A stretch of 63,652 bases of DNA, filler included, from Hyphochytrium catenoides (Eukaryota; Protista; Hyphochytriomycota), in assembly GCA_900088475.1 (NCBI GenBank). It is 7 parts of 7 records of this genome, joined end to end, with 100 filler letters (N's around TTAATTAATTAA, not from the genome) between each part and the next. Parts side by side here need not be neighbours in the genome. Positions count along the whole stretch, not along the records: positions 1 to 25,642 come from FLMG01003811.1; 6 more parts are not named here. One strand, given 5' to 3'. This document shows positions 1 to 11,860 of this stretch, in pieces. The position numbers and the translations under genes are program-made. Positions within the stretch are counted from its first letter, which is position 1. The number at the start of each line of letters is the position of its first letter. A model generated the notes under the pieces. That model was given only the letters and a program-made list of their open reading frames with translations. It did no database searches and was not told the origin of the DNA.

Positions 1-480
1 CTTTCATGTCACCTTTGGGGAAAGTAATTGTGGAGAAGCCTAATAATCACCAAACCCTGGAGCATTGACTCACTGATCTGATTTCCTCTCTTGCCTACCA
101 GCTGCCACTCCTTGCATTGCCCATAAGACGTTGGGATTATCCTGGCCACAGCTATGTTCTCATGCTACTCACCAATGCCGTTCCAACTTCGCCTGTTGAC
201 AATACGGGTATTCTTTTCCAAGATTACGGAAGCATTCTCATTAATAGATCCGAAGAGCTAGACAGAGATGCGAAAGACTATTGGAAAGCTATACTTACTA
301 ATATTCTGTTACTGAAGCCGTCACAACGAGGAGAAATTACCAAACGGGCCTGCCCTAAACGGAACAGAAGGAGCACATACTTCTAGAGGCCTTCTTTCCA
401 TAAACCTTGTTGGTATGTTCGTCTACGTAAGCTTTGCCCTAGGTATAGCACAGTGTAACGCCAACAGAGAAGTGTTAGTT

Positions 481-1200
481 GGGTTAGGGTTAAGGTCTGT
501 AGAGTCAGGGAAGATTGTAGTTATTAGGGTTAGGGTTAGGGTTACGCTGCTCTTAACTGCTGCCTTAAACCGTTGCCACAGACCAGACCGCTCCCCTAAA
601 ACTAACCCTAACCCGCTCTCCTTAAACGCTGCCCTTACCCGCTGCCTTAAAGCGCTGTCCTAAAGCGCTGTCCGTCCTTACCCGCTGCGCTAACCCGCTG
701 CCCTAACCCGCTGCCCTAACCCACTGTTCTAAGCCGCTGTCCTAAACCGCTGCCTTTCCTTACCCGCTGCGCTTACCCGCTCCCCTAACCCGCTGCCCTA
801 GCCCCTTGCCCTAGCCCCCTGCCCTAACCCCCTGCCCTAAACCGCTGTCCTAAACCGCTGTCCTAAACCGCTGCCCTTCCTTTATTGCTGCCCTTCCCTA
901 CCCCTCGCTATGCCGGTCACTATGCCGCTGACTATGCCACTCAATAACCGGCTCACTTAACCGTAGCCTATCTCGCTCCCAAGCCTGCTGCCCTTTCTTA
1001 CCCGCTGCTCTTTCTCTTTCGCGGTGTCCTTTTCCTCATCTGCTGCTGCCTTGAACCTCCCATCAACCCACTCACTAACCCTCTTTCGAAACTGGCTCAC
1101 TAAACCATTCCCTATCTCACCCCTTTTCCTCTACCCTGCTGCTCCTTTCCTTTCCCCGCTGTCCTTTCCCGCTGGCTGCTTTTTTCCTAACTAGCTGCCC
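481..1200. repeat. Interstitial telomeric repeats followed by a degenerate 12-13-bp minisatellite containing CCCTAA
   Basis: GGGTTAGGGTTA at 481-492, (TTAGGG)3TTA at 524-544 and CTAACCCTAACCC at 602-614. These are followed by many imperfect copies of CCCTAACCCGCTG / CCTAAACCGCTGT / CCTTACCCGCTG that decay towards ~1200. Confidence 0.8.
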
Positions 1201-1983
1201 TACCCAGTATCTCTTCTAACACTTAATTCACCACTATCAAGTTTAGTTTCTATTGCTTCCTCGATTACCAACTGCTCTTCCTCGAATCAACTAATCTGCA
1301 TCCCCTCCCTCTGTTTTACGTTTCTCTCTCTTACTTGTAATCCATCAAAAACTCCATATGCCCTTTTGCCTCTTAGATTAACTCACTTCCTCTTAAATGC
1401 CCCTATCAATGCCTGTCCTTATGCTTGCCCTTTTCTCTCTTTTTTGCAATTCCCTGCGTACCCTCTAGTTTCTTCCTTGTGCAGTAAGGTCTCTAATTTG
1501 TTCCCTCTCTGCAACCTAAGCTAGAAGTCGCTCGGTATGCTTTTTCCATGCCATACAACATCTGGTCTTTGCTTGTTCCTGCCAATATCCCACCTACCTT
1601 GTTGATCAAGTAGTATCTCTTTGGCATCAAACTCTTATGGAGTTCAGTCCAGTCTTTTCTGCCTCTTTTATCTGATCCTTTCTGGGGGGCTTCTCGTATT
1701 CCCGTCCTGCGCCGGTATCTTTTTCAATCGTTCCTCTTAAGCCTGCTTCTTCCAACTCTTTTGTAACCCAGTGCTTGCATGGTCTTTCTTGTTCGTACTT
1801 TTGGCACATCTCTACTTTAATCCTTCCATTATCCTCTGCTTCTAAACCTCCTACGCTCTTCAGATGGGTATATTCTTCGTCCAAATAGATGGTGCTAAGG
1901 GTCACTATTTCTATCCACTTGACTCTTCTGTCTCTCTCCTATCCTCGATGATAAAGATATAGTTCTTTACCTCTCTTCTTTCT

Positions 1984-2460
1984 TATAACCTGTTTCTCTA
2001 AAACGGCCTGTGCTTAGTCGTAAGAATTTTGAGGCTAGAGACTGTAAAGAGTACTGGAAGTTACTGCTTACGTTCGGACTCTGCACTGGAAGTCTCTCGC
2101 GCACTGTCTCTGCACTAGACCGTGCTGGTCTTCTGGGTTAGACTTTGCAGATGGAAGTTCTGATGGCACTCTGAACTTCTCACTGGACACAAGGACCGAA
2201 GCTCTTGAAAGCCTTTCTTCTTTCGTGTCTCTTCTGAGGTCTTTCTCTCTCACTCCCTTCTACTTCTATCTTCTTTGCATGTGTTGCTCTTTCATCGTAG
2301 AACTTGGATATAGGAAGGAGCTCGGTAGTTCAGTATTAAGTTAGCGATTTGCGTAGTTTAGCTAGTTACCTCTAGAAGAATCACTAGATAAGAGCTGAAT
2401 GAGCAAGTAATTCATTCATCAATCTCCTACGAAGAGCACAAGTCCAACACTACCTCTCGA
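1984..2460 (-). mobile_element. Putative copia-type LTR (~459 bp, 2449 to 1991) with a PPT-like tract upstream and a PBS-like motif downstream
   Basis: On the minus strand, GAGAGGTAG precedes TGTTGG (2449), and the segment ends GAAACA (1991), followed directly by GGTTAT. GGTTAT is the start of the copia half-tRNA PBS consensus GGTTATGGGCCC, and the TGTT...AACA termini are typical of LTRs. No second LTR copy was found in the window. Confidence 0.45.
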
Positions 2461-3904
2461 CGAGCACTCAGCTAAATAGACTTCAAAAAAGAGAACGTCC
2501 TTGGATTACTTCACCTTCATAACTCGGCCACCCGAAGTTAAGACTTAGATAATGTCGCTCACTTTCTTTTTATGAATCTTAGTAGCTTGTGTGCTTGCTT
2601 TAACATGGAAAACACTTCCCTTCAATGCGCTATATGTGCCTCTCCTCAACCCTCTCTAATTGTTTCTGATATCTCTCCTCCCTGTCTCTTGTCTCTATCC
2701 CTCCAGGTGTCTTCCCCTTCTCACCCTACTCTCTGCCTCTCCCTTTCTCCCTATCTCTTTGTCTCCTTCGTGTTCTCTCTTGGTTCCTCTACCATCCCAC
2801 TTCTATCTCCCCGTCAGGCAAGAGAAAAAAGAAGGGGTATGGGAGCAGAAGCGTGAGTAGAGTAATAAAGCTTGCCCTCTGCCTTGATCGAATAAGGAAG
2901 GAGAGGTGGCAGATCTTTATCTCATTTGTTCTTCCATCACCTTTGCATCTCTTTTGTTTCTCATCTACTACTCGCGTATTCTCTCTCTTCGCGGGTCCTC
3001 CGCGGTGCCAAAAGTCAAGGAAGTGGGACGAAGAATGAAAGTGAAGGAAGACAGATGGAGTGCCGCCGTTGAACAAACCAGATAATGGGACATACAAGAA
3101 AAGGAGTAGCAGAAAGAAGAGAGGGAGAGAGTTTTGGGTTTCATCATCCATTGTCTCTCTTCCTCCACTGTTTCGTCCGATTCCTGTGTCTACCTCACAT
3201 ATATATCGCGATCATCTGCATTACCTCTTAATTTAGTTGACAAGAGAGAGACAAGAGAGAAAGACATCACAGAGCACGCACCTGATAAAGCCAGAACAAT
3301 AGAGAAACAGAGGAGAAACAAACAGAGAGAGACATAGAGAGAGAAATAGAGAGAGAAATAGAGAGAGAAATAGAGAGAGAAACGGATGGGAGGAGAAAGA
3401 GCGGACATCTCCTGTCTTCTGATTGGTATCCTTAGAAGAGAAGAATCTGCCTCATCAGCAAGACATGAAAAGAGAAACACTACACGACCCTGTCTTCATA
3501 GGCGAGAAGAGCTTTTGTGTTCTCTCTTCTCCCTTTTCTTCTTCCCCTATCACAGCTCTTCTGTGGCTCTTTTCCTTTGGCTGGTCCTAACCCTAACACA
3601 TACTTATCCTTTTATATTTTCTCTTCGTTTATTTCTCACTCTGGGTCCTTCATCAATGCACTGGTTCTCCCTTTCTCTTGGTGTCTCTCTCTCCTTTTAT
3701 CCTTATTCTTCCATCGCAGAGGAGGGTGAGAAGGTGGGGTTCAATCCAAAAGCAACTGAAGACAAGGCAGATGGTAGACTGGGTCCCAGTTCGACCTCCG
3801 GTGCCCGAAGTTCTTTGGGAAAGAAAGATCTCCATCCGCCTTCCCGATTAACTGCTGGCAGGATTCCTGCCGGAGCTGTCTACTATGTTCCTGCTTTTTT
3901 CCTC

Positions 3905-4016
3905 TCGTCCCTCACCTCCCTCTGACGCTATGGCTCTGCCCTAAGACGCTAGAGAAAGACTCGTCCCTCACCGCCCTCTGATGCTATGGCTCTGCCCTAA
4001 GACCCTAGAGAAAGAC
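3905..4016. repeat. Two-copy 56-bp tandem repeat
   Basis: tcgtccctcacctccctctgacgctatggctctgccctaagacgctagagaaagac (3905-3960) is repeated at 3961-4016 with 3 substitutions. Confidence 0.9.
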
Positions 4017-6779
4017 GTTCTCCCTTTGCGGCTCTTGTCGGAACACAAAGCCACCAGACTGCGGCTTCCGCCACAGACCCACGTCATACCTTTTTTCTCT
4101 TCCGCTAATTTTTTTATAAAATCGACTCCATCCTTTTCCTGCGAAAGATAATAGCAGGGAGCACACAGTCCAGAGGCTTGGCATGAAAAGCAGGAAACGA
4201 CAAGTAAACGAGCTAAATGGTAAAGAAGTTTGAGATTTCAAGAAAGAAAAGTCATCCCCGTGCTTCCCCAAAACCGGTGTGAGGAAAGAGACATAGAAAA
4301 TGCTGCGGAAGTAGGCGCATGGGATGATGGGCCGCTTAGGGTTAGGGTTAGGGTCATACGGCCAAGAGAAAGGTATCATACCGATGAAAAAGGACCATCA
4401 GATTTTATCAAATCATAACTCCCGGACGGCGGAAGATCTGCTCCTTCCCTGCCAGTTGGACCCTTGTGTATAATCCCGTCATCAGCTATCTTCTAGTCGC
4501 TACCGGCGATGTCCTTCCCCTTACGCCTCTGCTTTTCGGCTGGATATGTAGGAGCTTCTTTTCTGTTTGCTGGTTCCGTTCTCTAGCCCCTCTTCTGGCT
4601 CTCCCGTGCTATGCAATATGCGTCACGCACCTCTTGATTACCTGATTACTGGCGCTAGTCAAAAGAAGAACATGACCAGGGAAGATGGAGATTAATTAGG
4701 AGACAGAGTTAGACCCAGTTAGAAGGAAAGGGGACTGAGATACGACGTATCACTAATAAGCACCTATACATTGACCAGGAGACAGAAAGAGTACTGTAGA
4801 AGAAAGCCGCTGCAAAGAGAAAGAACGAATGAGACAAGAGAGGAGTGTCGAGCTAGGTACACTTTGGGAGTCTAGCTGAGGAAAGAAGCCATAGGTAAGA
4901 AGGCCAGAATAAAGAACAAGACTGCAACGTAAGATTGGGTTAGCAGACACATGATGGCAGAGAAGACAGAAAGGGAGAAGACATACTTAACTGAAGACTC
5001 TCCGTTGAGGTATAATTGGGGTCGGCCTAGACACCAGCCTGATTTCCAGCTTGAGGTGCTAACCTTCTTGGTTGCCAGCTGGACCCCAACAGTAAGCTGG
5101 CAAGCTAGGCATCCGGCTACCTATCACGACGTAGGACGGCAATAAGCTACAAAGCAAGAAGAGGAAGGGTAGCTCAGGTTGAGTCAAATCCAGGAAGAAC
5201 ATGAAGAGTTGTTATCCAATATCTAGGACAAGGGAAGTTCCAAATATAAGAAGGCGAAATGGAAAGAATGTGGAGCCGTGCTCCAGCTGGGATTTGAGGA
5301 GGAGGGTAGAGCATAAGTGAGCGAAACGGGGATAATGGGAAGCGAGTGTCTGAGCAAAGGAAGAGAAGTGAATTATGATGTAAGAGGACTGGACATCGAA
5401 AGACTTACAGTAGAAGGTTCAAGAATTCTGACTCAGCCTGATGATGCCAGGACCTACTACCTCAAGCAGCGGAGAACGGACATGATGGCTAGTTAGCTAA
5501 CGTTAGGTCGCTTGTCAATGTTGGCGTGAATGAGAATGCCGGACAACGTTGGCAGCCAGGTGGGGGGTCCCTGCAGATTACCTCTGCCTGTCCTTGGAAC
5601 GGTCGTTGCGTTAGAGTTGTCATTCAAACGTTCTTGCAAAAGTGTCGGACGCCGCGCCATCTAACTAATGGACGACCGAGAGATGATCGAAGAGCGAATC
5701 AGCCGTAATACAACTCTCAACAAGCAGCCACAGTAACCTAGAGTCGATGGATTATATTCCACGTGCACTGTCTTCATATTTAGGCCTCTCCTTTTCGACT
5801 ACGGAAGGATGACGGTCGCCATAAGTGATCAGACGGACTGGTCTCTAGCATACTCCCTATCCCTCTCTACTAATTCCCTTCCTTCTTGCACCTTCCTCAG
5901 GGTAACGCTGACCATGGGGTTTACCCTACCAGGTGACTGCCTCAGACGCAGTATTAGTGCTTGTCGATCAACTCTTGGCAGCCATTGTAGGTACTCCTCG
6001 CTGGTAGGTCAGAAGCCGATAGCCTATCTACATAACATGAGAAACTGATGGGCAAAAATATCTGTGGTGTATCTCGTTAAGGAGATCGGAGAAGGTATTA
6101 TGATAGGAGCGGAGACGCTGCACCAAGGCAATCATGATGGGGATTGTAATTACATTGTTGGGAGTAGTCCATCTCTGAGGGTCATGAGGAGGGGAAGAGA
6201 CAGAGAAAGAGTCATCAGGAAATAATTGACCAAGAGGAGCGACCAAGAAAAGAAGCGCCATAATGAGTGCGAGACAAAGAGCGCCAGCCGCTGGCGTTCG
6301 ATGAAGAGAGTGAGATAGGTCCTAATCGTTAGACAGGAGTCTAAAAAGGTCTCTAGAGGCAACTCTTCGTTCGCTTTCTGGAGAGTGGATTGGCCATGTG
6401 AGTGCGTGAGTAACGCCAAAGGGCGTGGCTAGCACAGCTGTATCCTTTACTCCTCTGGTCGGATCTGTCTCGAACAAGTACCGTGGACGCCTGGTGGTAA
6501 GACAAAGCCGTTTCTGCCAGGCGAGTCGGTTTGAGAGGCTTTCGTCATTTGGGACAAAGAGTACTATTCTAGTAGGGTCATACTCCTGTCTTGCTGGTGG
6601 CCGCTCACTGGACAGGTAGGAGGCCATCAGCTTCCCGTTTAGAGTGATATTGCTGTCGTCTTCTTGGCTTGGTGATTCTTCCGTCAAACCTCAAATCTCA
6701 CCTTCACGGCCCTTGAACTCTCATATGGTTTGCCTTCTTGTAGCAACTTGAAAGCAACTTGATCAAGCAACTGCCCAGC

Positions 6780-8708
6780 TACGAGCAAGTCAACGGCACC
6801 CAGCTACCTAGAGTCATCGCTTGACATTCTTTATGACGAACGCGCACCACCCTCAAATATGCTTCGACTACATCTACTAGTGACCACCAAACACGCAGAG
6901 TACAAAGAGATTTCATCGAGCCACCATGACCTCCGGCGGACATCCCTTCGACCAATTGATCTCTCATCTGACGTGCTAGGGCATCCTCACGTCTACTCGC
7001 AATCTGCTTACACCTTTCTTCGACAGTGGGAAGAGGCATTTACTTGCAAGAAGAATGGACCTTCACTGACCCATTTATCATATCCAGCGTTCGGCTTCCC
7101 TCCTAGTGACGGCATTCCTTCCGCACCCACAAATCTCCGCTCTCAACCTTCACGCTTGAGATATACACCTTCAGTCTCCAGCGCAGCTTTCTCATTTAGC
7201 TTCACTTCCGCCTCAGACATCATGCGCCGGTACATACAGGATTTCATCCATTGCCTGCCCTTTGCGGCCCATAGAACTATAGCCTCCCAGCTGGCTGAAG
7301 TGCAGCATCAGACTGTGCACCTAGCGACGCATCTGCTCACACAGAAAACACCTCCGCCTCTTTGAGCTCTACACCCCTTCAGAAACGCCTCCACTACCTC
7401 AGCAATGTGATCGTATTCAACCAACCTTCATCTGCGTTACCCATAGAACCATAGTATTCCAGGAGCAGCTGTCGAAGTGAATATCACAAGGCTCACTCCA
7501 GGCGACGGCATTTCCTCACGCTTAGCACCTCAGGCCTCTAGAGCGCTCCAGCGTTCTTAATAGTAATCTACGCCTTCCGCACCTCACAGCAGATACTTTT
7601 ATCAGGATTCACACCAGTGTCAGACATCTGCATGTACAGGACCAGTTCATAGTAGGTCGTGGAGGTAATTTTCAGGTCGCTTTACTGAGCAATGTGTGGC
7701 CAGTAGTAAGCCACACCAACAATGGATGTAAACTACTTTTTCACAAGGATCGCGGTCTTACTTCCCGTGTTGTCGACCTGAAGGGCTTCTGTCTGCCCCC
7801 TCCGGCCTCAACGGGCTGACGGAAAGGATCAACTTCCAACCCACTTCTCGCCATGGAGCTCGCCGTTCGCCCGTGGATGGTTCCCTGATAGTAGCCGTAC
7901 ACGCCACGAGGCCGGTGAGGAAGTTATTGTGAGTCCTCAAGCACATGGGCGTCCTGCAAGCTGACATATGATCCTACTCCTCTTCCTTCTCCCCGTCATA
8001 TATTAGTAAGCTCCTCACCAATCAGCCGTCACCGCCCAGACGTGCATACAACAGCTGCTTTGACAAAGGCGGGGTCGGAGCAGCAACAATCCTTTGTACC
8101 TGTTAACAAAGACTTTGATAGTCAACGATCACTAAGAGTTCCACCGCATCATCCTTATCTTCCAGCTCAGGGTTAGGGTTAGTCCACCTGCCGAGCAATA
8201 GATCTGGAGGATGATCAAGGGGACAGCCCGTGGCGGTGAGTAGGGTATGCTCCTTCGTGTTAGTGCTAAGCTGAAAGGACATACTCTTTTCTTTCTGCTC
8301 ACCCGGATGAAGTGACAGAGCATGCAGATGAATGTAAGCCTCTGGCTGAGGGGACCAAACTGGCGCTTGACATTACTAGCCTGCGAGCTCTCCTTGCCGC
8401 CTAGCTGGGTCAAGCGGGAGGAGGCTCTTGGCCTGAGACTGAGGCGCGAAGTCAGCCCCATTCTCTAACCGCGCCAGGAAAACCTAATATCCCCCCAGAT
8501 ATTCAACCTGCGTGCTCCGATTCCCGTCTGCTTCTGCTAACGGCCTGCTTGAGGTCCTGTGTCCTGGCGCTTGCTCTGTGTCGGCTGGTACGGATGCAGC
8601 CAGAACGTGACGAGCAGGGCCGTTACTTATTATATCACTCTCGGCCGTCTGGCAACGGGGCGACGGCTTCCTCTCCTGGACGGGCTTGACCGTGCTGCCG
8701 CAGTTCAA
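6780..8708 (-). pseudogene. Degenerate coding remnant of unknown family
   Basis: ORFs 8484-8708 and 7758-7967 are in the same minus-strand frame and are linked by protein-like sequence interrupted by a few, mostly TAG/TAA, stops. Similar interrupted frames continue to ~6800. No diagnostic motif was recognised. Confidence 0.3.
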
Positions 8709-10662
8709 TGGGGCACTGAGGTGCTGGTTTCACTGTGCTCTGTGCTAAGCTAATTTCCGTGGGATGGAGTGAAAGGANNNNNNNNNNNNNNNNNNNNNNN
8801 NNNNNNNNNNNNNNNNNNNNNNNNNNNNNNNNAGAAAGCACTATTCAGGCTAGCCCACCCTTCAACACGATAATAGCAATGCATCAGCGCGGCGGCACAA
8901 AAGGCAACAAAGGCGAGGAAAGGGAAAGAAGAATACTTTCTGCCAACCCGGACATTAGGGCGCAAGAGATCTCTGAAGATAGAGCAGGTTGAGCAGGCGG
9001 AACGAAATGAGAGACCAAAGGAGAGACTGAAGTCAGCTCAGGTAGGTGGCACCGCAGCAGCAGGCAGAGACAGAGAGGTGAAGAAAGTTCTGTCTTAGTG
9101 CTTAGTAGAAGATAAATGAGGACGGCGATGGTCTTTGACTGGTTCTTGAGGAAAGCAAGCGCTGCTAGAAGGTAACGATGACGACGACGCAACTCTCTAT
9201 TCTGCACCCTCTACTCACTTGCACCAGAAGAAGCTTCAGGGACATCATTTTGGAGGAGTTTATTCTCTTCCGGCACCGTAGTGGAAGAGCTGCTTAGCAA
9301 GCAGACCGCTTGGCCTAGTAATGACACCTAGCTTGGGATCCCGCAGAGAGAGATTCTCCTCCCTCTGTGCGCATCCCTTCTTCCATTTCTCCTGTCTGCC
9401 ACCTCTCTCTCTCTCTCTTCATCTACGTAAAACTACTTGCCCTCACGCCCCATGGCCAGAGCGCTTTGCTACGCCGTCAGCGGCCCAAAGTCCATCAGCC
9501 TCCGTTTGCTGCTATTCCTCCTCCTCGCAGCAGCTCTTCGACGCACAGCCGTGGAGAAATCCGAGAAAGACGATGATCCGTTTGCCGTCCTTCAATGGTA
9601 TAGATCACAGCCGCACGATTAGAAATAGCGACAACGACACAAGAAGCGAGAAGGTACTCATCAATCGTCTGATGCTCGATTTCCTGTTGGACTGATGGTC
9701 TTCCTTCCGTTAAGCAGATGATCTAGATTCTCTAAGGAGTTCATGCCGATGAGAATGTCCCGCTTGTGCGTTGCTAGCTGAGGACGGAGAGAGGAGATGA
9801 TCGTACACTTTCATTTATGTTAGCAGATTACATTGTGGTCCGACACCCGGTGACCATGCCTGGCTGGTGCGCATGATTAAGCGGCCTTAAGTTCATCCAG
9901 AAGTGGTAGGGAGCCTGGTTATAATTATAGAAAGCAGAGAGAAGAAGAAGGCTGAGAGATTCCTGGATAATCCTTTCTATGGAAGCAGACAGAAGAGATC
10001 TTAGTTTTCTTTTGCACCGCGCAGTGTCAGTGGGGTAAAACAACCGCTCTTGACGCAAAAGACGCAGAAAGTATTCTGGAGTGAGATGATGACTGTGAGA
10101 GAGGAGCGAGAAAGGGAATGACAGAGTAGCAAAGGTTGGGGAGGAGGATGGTTCATAAAAGTTCCTACGTTCTAAGCTCGCTACTAGATGAGGAATGAGC
10201 GCAACACATCGCAGGAGATGCTCTGAGGAGAAGAAGGCGCGAAAGCGAGGTTAGTTCAAGGAGTGCCGCGTTCTGGGATAGGCAGACCCCCAGAGAGCCC
10301 TTGTGAGGCTCACTCAGCAGAGAAGGCAGCAAGAGACAGACTATGGAGGGCACTGATGAGCTGTGACGACGTGCCGGACATTCCTACTAAGTCCTAAGCT
10401 CACAGGCTGTGCAGGAGAACGTAGACCACCACTGTCCTTGGTCGTAGCCCAGGATCCTAGCAGCGATTCTTTGACAAAATAGCCCTGAGGGTCTCGACGG
10501 GAGACTTGCCCATGCCTCGTCTCCGTATGTACTCTGAGAAATCTCAACGGTGTCACGAATAATCTGCTATTTTGTCCTTGGTCCTCCTGTGCGTGAAGTG
10601 CTGAGCTGCTGAGCGGTACGACACTGCTACTCTTCATAAGACTGATCCGCTCTCCTCCCTCA

Positions 10663-10900
10663 CTCCTTTTGGTTTATCGCCTATTGCTGATGGAGGCTCT
10701 CTCATAAGCGAAAATACATCCTCCTCTCTCTCTCTCTCTTCTCCCTTTCTCTCTCTCTCTCGCTCTCCTCTCTCTCTCTCTCTCTCTCTCCCTCTCTCCT
10801 TTTGGTTTATCGCCTATTGCTGATGGAGGCTCTCTCATAAACGAAAATACATCCTCCTCTCTCTCTCTCTCTTCTCCCTTTCTCTCTCTCTCTCGCTCTC
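10663..10900. repeat. 133-bp tandem duplication next to a (CT)n tract and an N gap
   Basis: ggtttatcgcctattgctgatggaggctctctcataa(g/a)cgaaaatacatcc... starts at 10671 and again at 10804. It may be an assembly duplication at the gap edge. Confidence 0.8.
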
Positions 10901-10951
10901 CTTCCTCTCTCTCTCTNNNNNNNNNNNNNNNNNNNNNNNNNNNNNNNNNNN

Positions 10952-10987
<36 letters not shown>

Positions 10988-11860
10988 CAGAGATTATTAG
11001 TCGCCCGTGATGATTGACAGCGGCAACGCCAAGAGATAAGACTATGACGGAGGACGCATTTCAGTTAAAAAAATCCTTCCTCATCGACTGGACTAGTGGC
11101 AAATAGGCTTCTTGTCAGCACGCTAGACGCTAATCCTAGCTGCGGAGGGGGTGACCGGCACTGGAGGTCACATTCAATGTTCTGATCCTGTGTCGACCCA
11201 ATGGCCCTGTTGCCTGACTGGACTAGGAAACTTAATTCTCCTTTTCACTGAGTAGCTGGGACGAAGACAGTGGGTGACAAGGGAACTCGCAGCAGGGCGA
11301 GACTGTGACGCTTCTTTGCCTCCTTCTACCTGCTCTATGACTTTCTTATATCACTTATAGAAAGCTCTCCAGCTGCACCAACAATCCTCTGGCTTCTGGC
11401 ATCTGCTTCTCTTCTCATGCTCGCTGTCAAGGTACGGGGGGTTCGCTCTTGTTACAAGGGAGAGAGAGAAGGAAAGGAAGAGATGAGACAGAAGGAGGCA
11501 GAGAGACAGAGGTCGGACAGGAGGCGGAGAAGAGCATATGAGGGAGAGAAGAAGGGAAGGACCCACCACTAGATGCGTCGCAGCCTTCTCTGTGCCTAAT
11601 AACTGATGTGATCATCTAAGGAAGGGAAGATTGGCCATTATACAGAGTTTATCCTAAGTTACATTTTGTTGTCTTCTATCCGCCAGACTCCAGCTCTCAA
11701 CCCATAAGAATATGTGTCAAGCTGCTCCTTATAACAGGTGAAGGGCTTGCTTAGGAGACAGCTCTGATATGGAGGAACTATAAAGCTCTTGCTGGGCCTG
11801 CCAGAGGGCGGCGTGGATGGCCCCACGCTGTCTGGGGGCGGCCCTCCGCTATTGTCTATC

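Noticed and set aside
3905-4016. Possible CRISPR-like repeat
   Set aside because: Two directly adjacent 56-bp copies with no spacer, no cas genes and a eukaryotic context.
7500-8500. Alternative genetic code (TAG/TAA = Gln) suggested by in-frame stops
   Set aside because: Intact genes end in TAA (BBS7, LZTFL1, C2 gene) or TAG (NLR-like, jacalin-like, RasGAP-like), and their long ORFs have no internal TAR codons. The interrupted frames are better explained as decay.
9560-9625. DDDPFAVLQWYRSQ resembling the hAT transposase dimerisation domain
   Set aside because: The expected downstream LSIPASS..ERxFS motif is absent.
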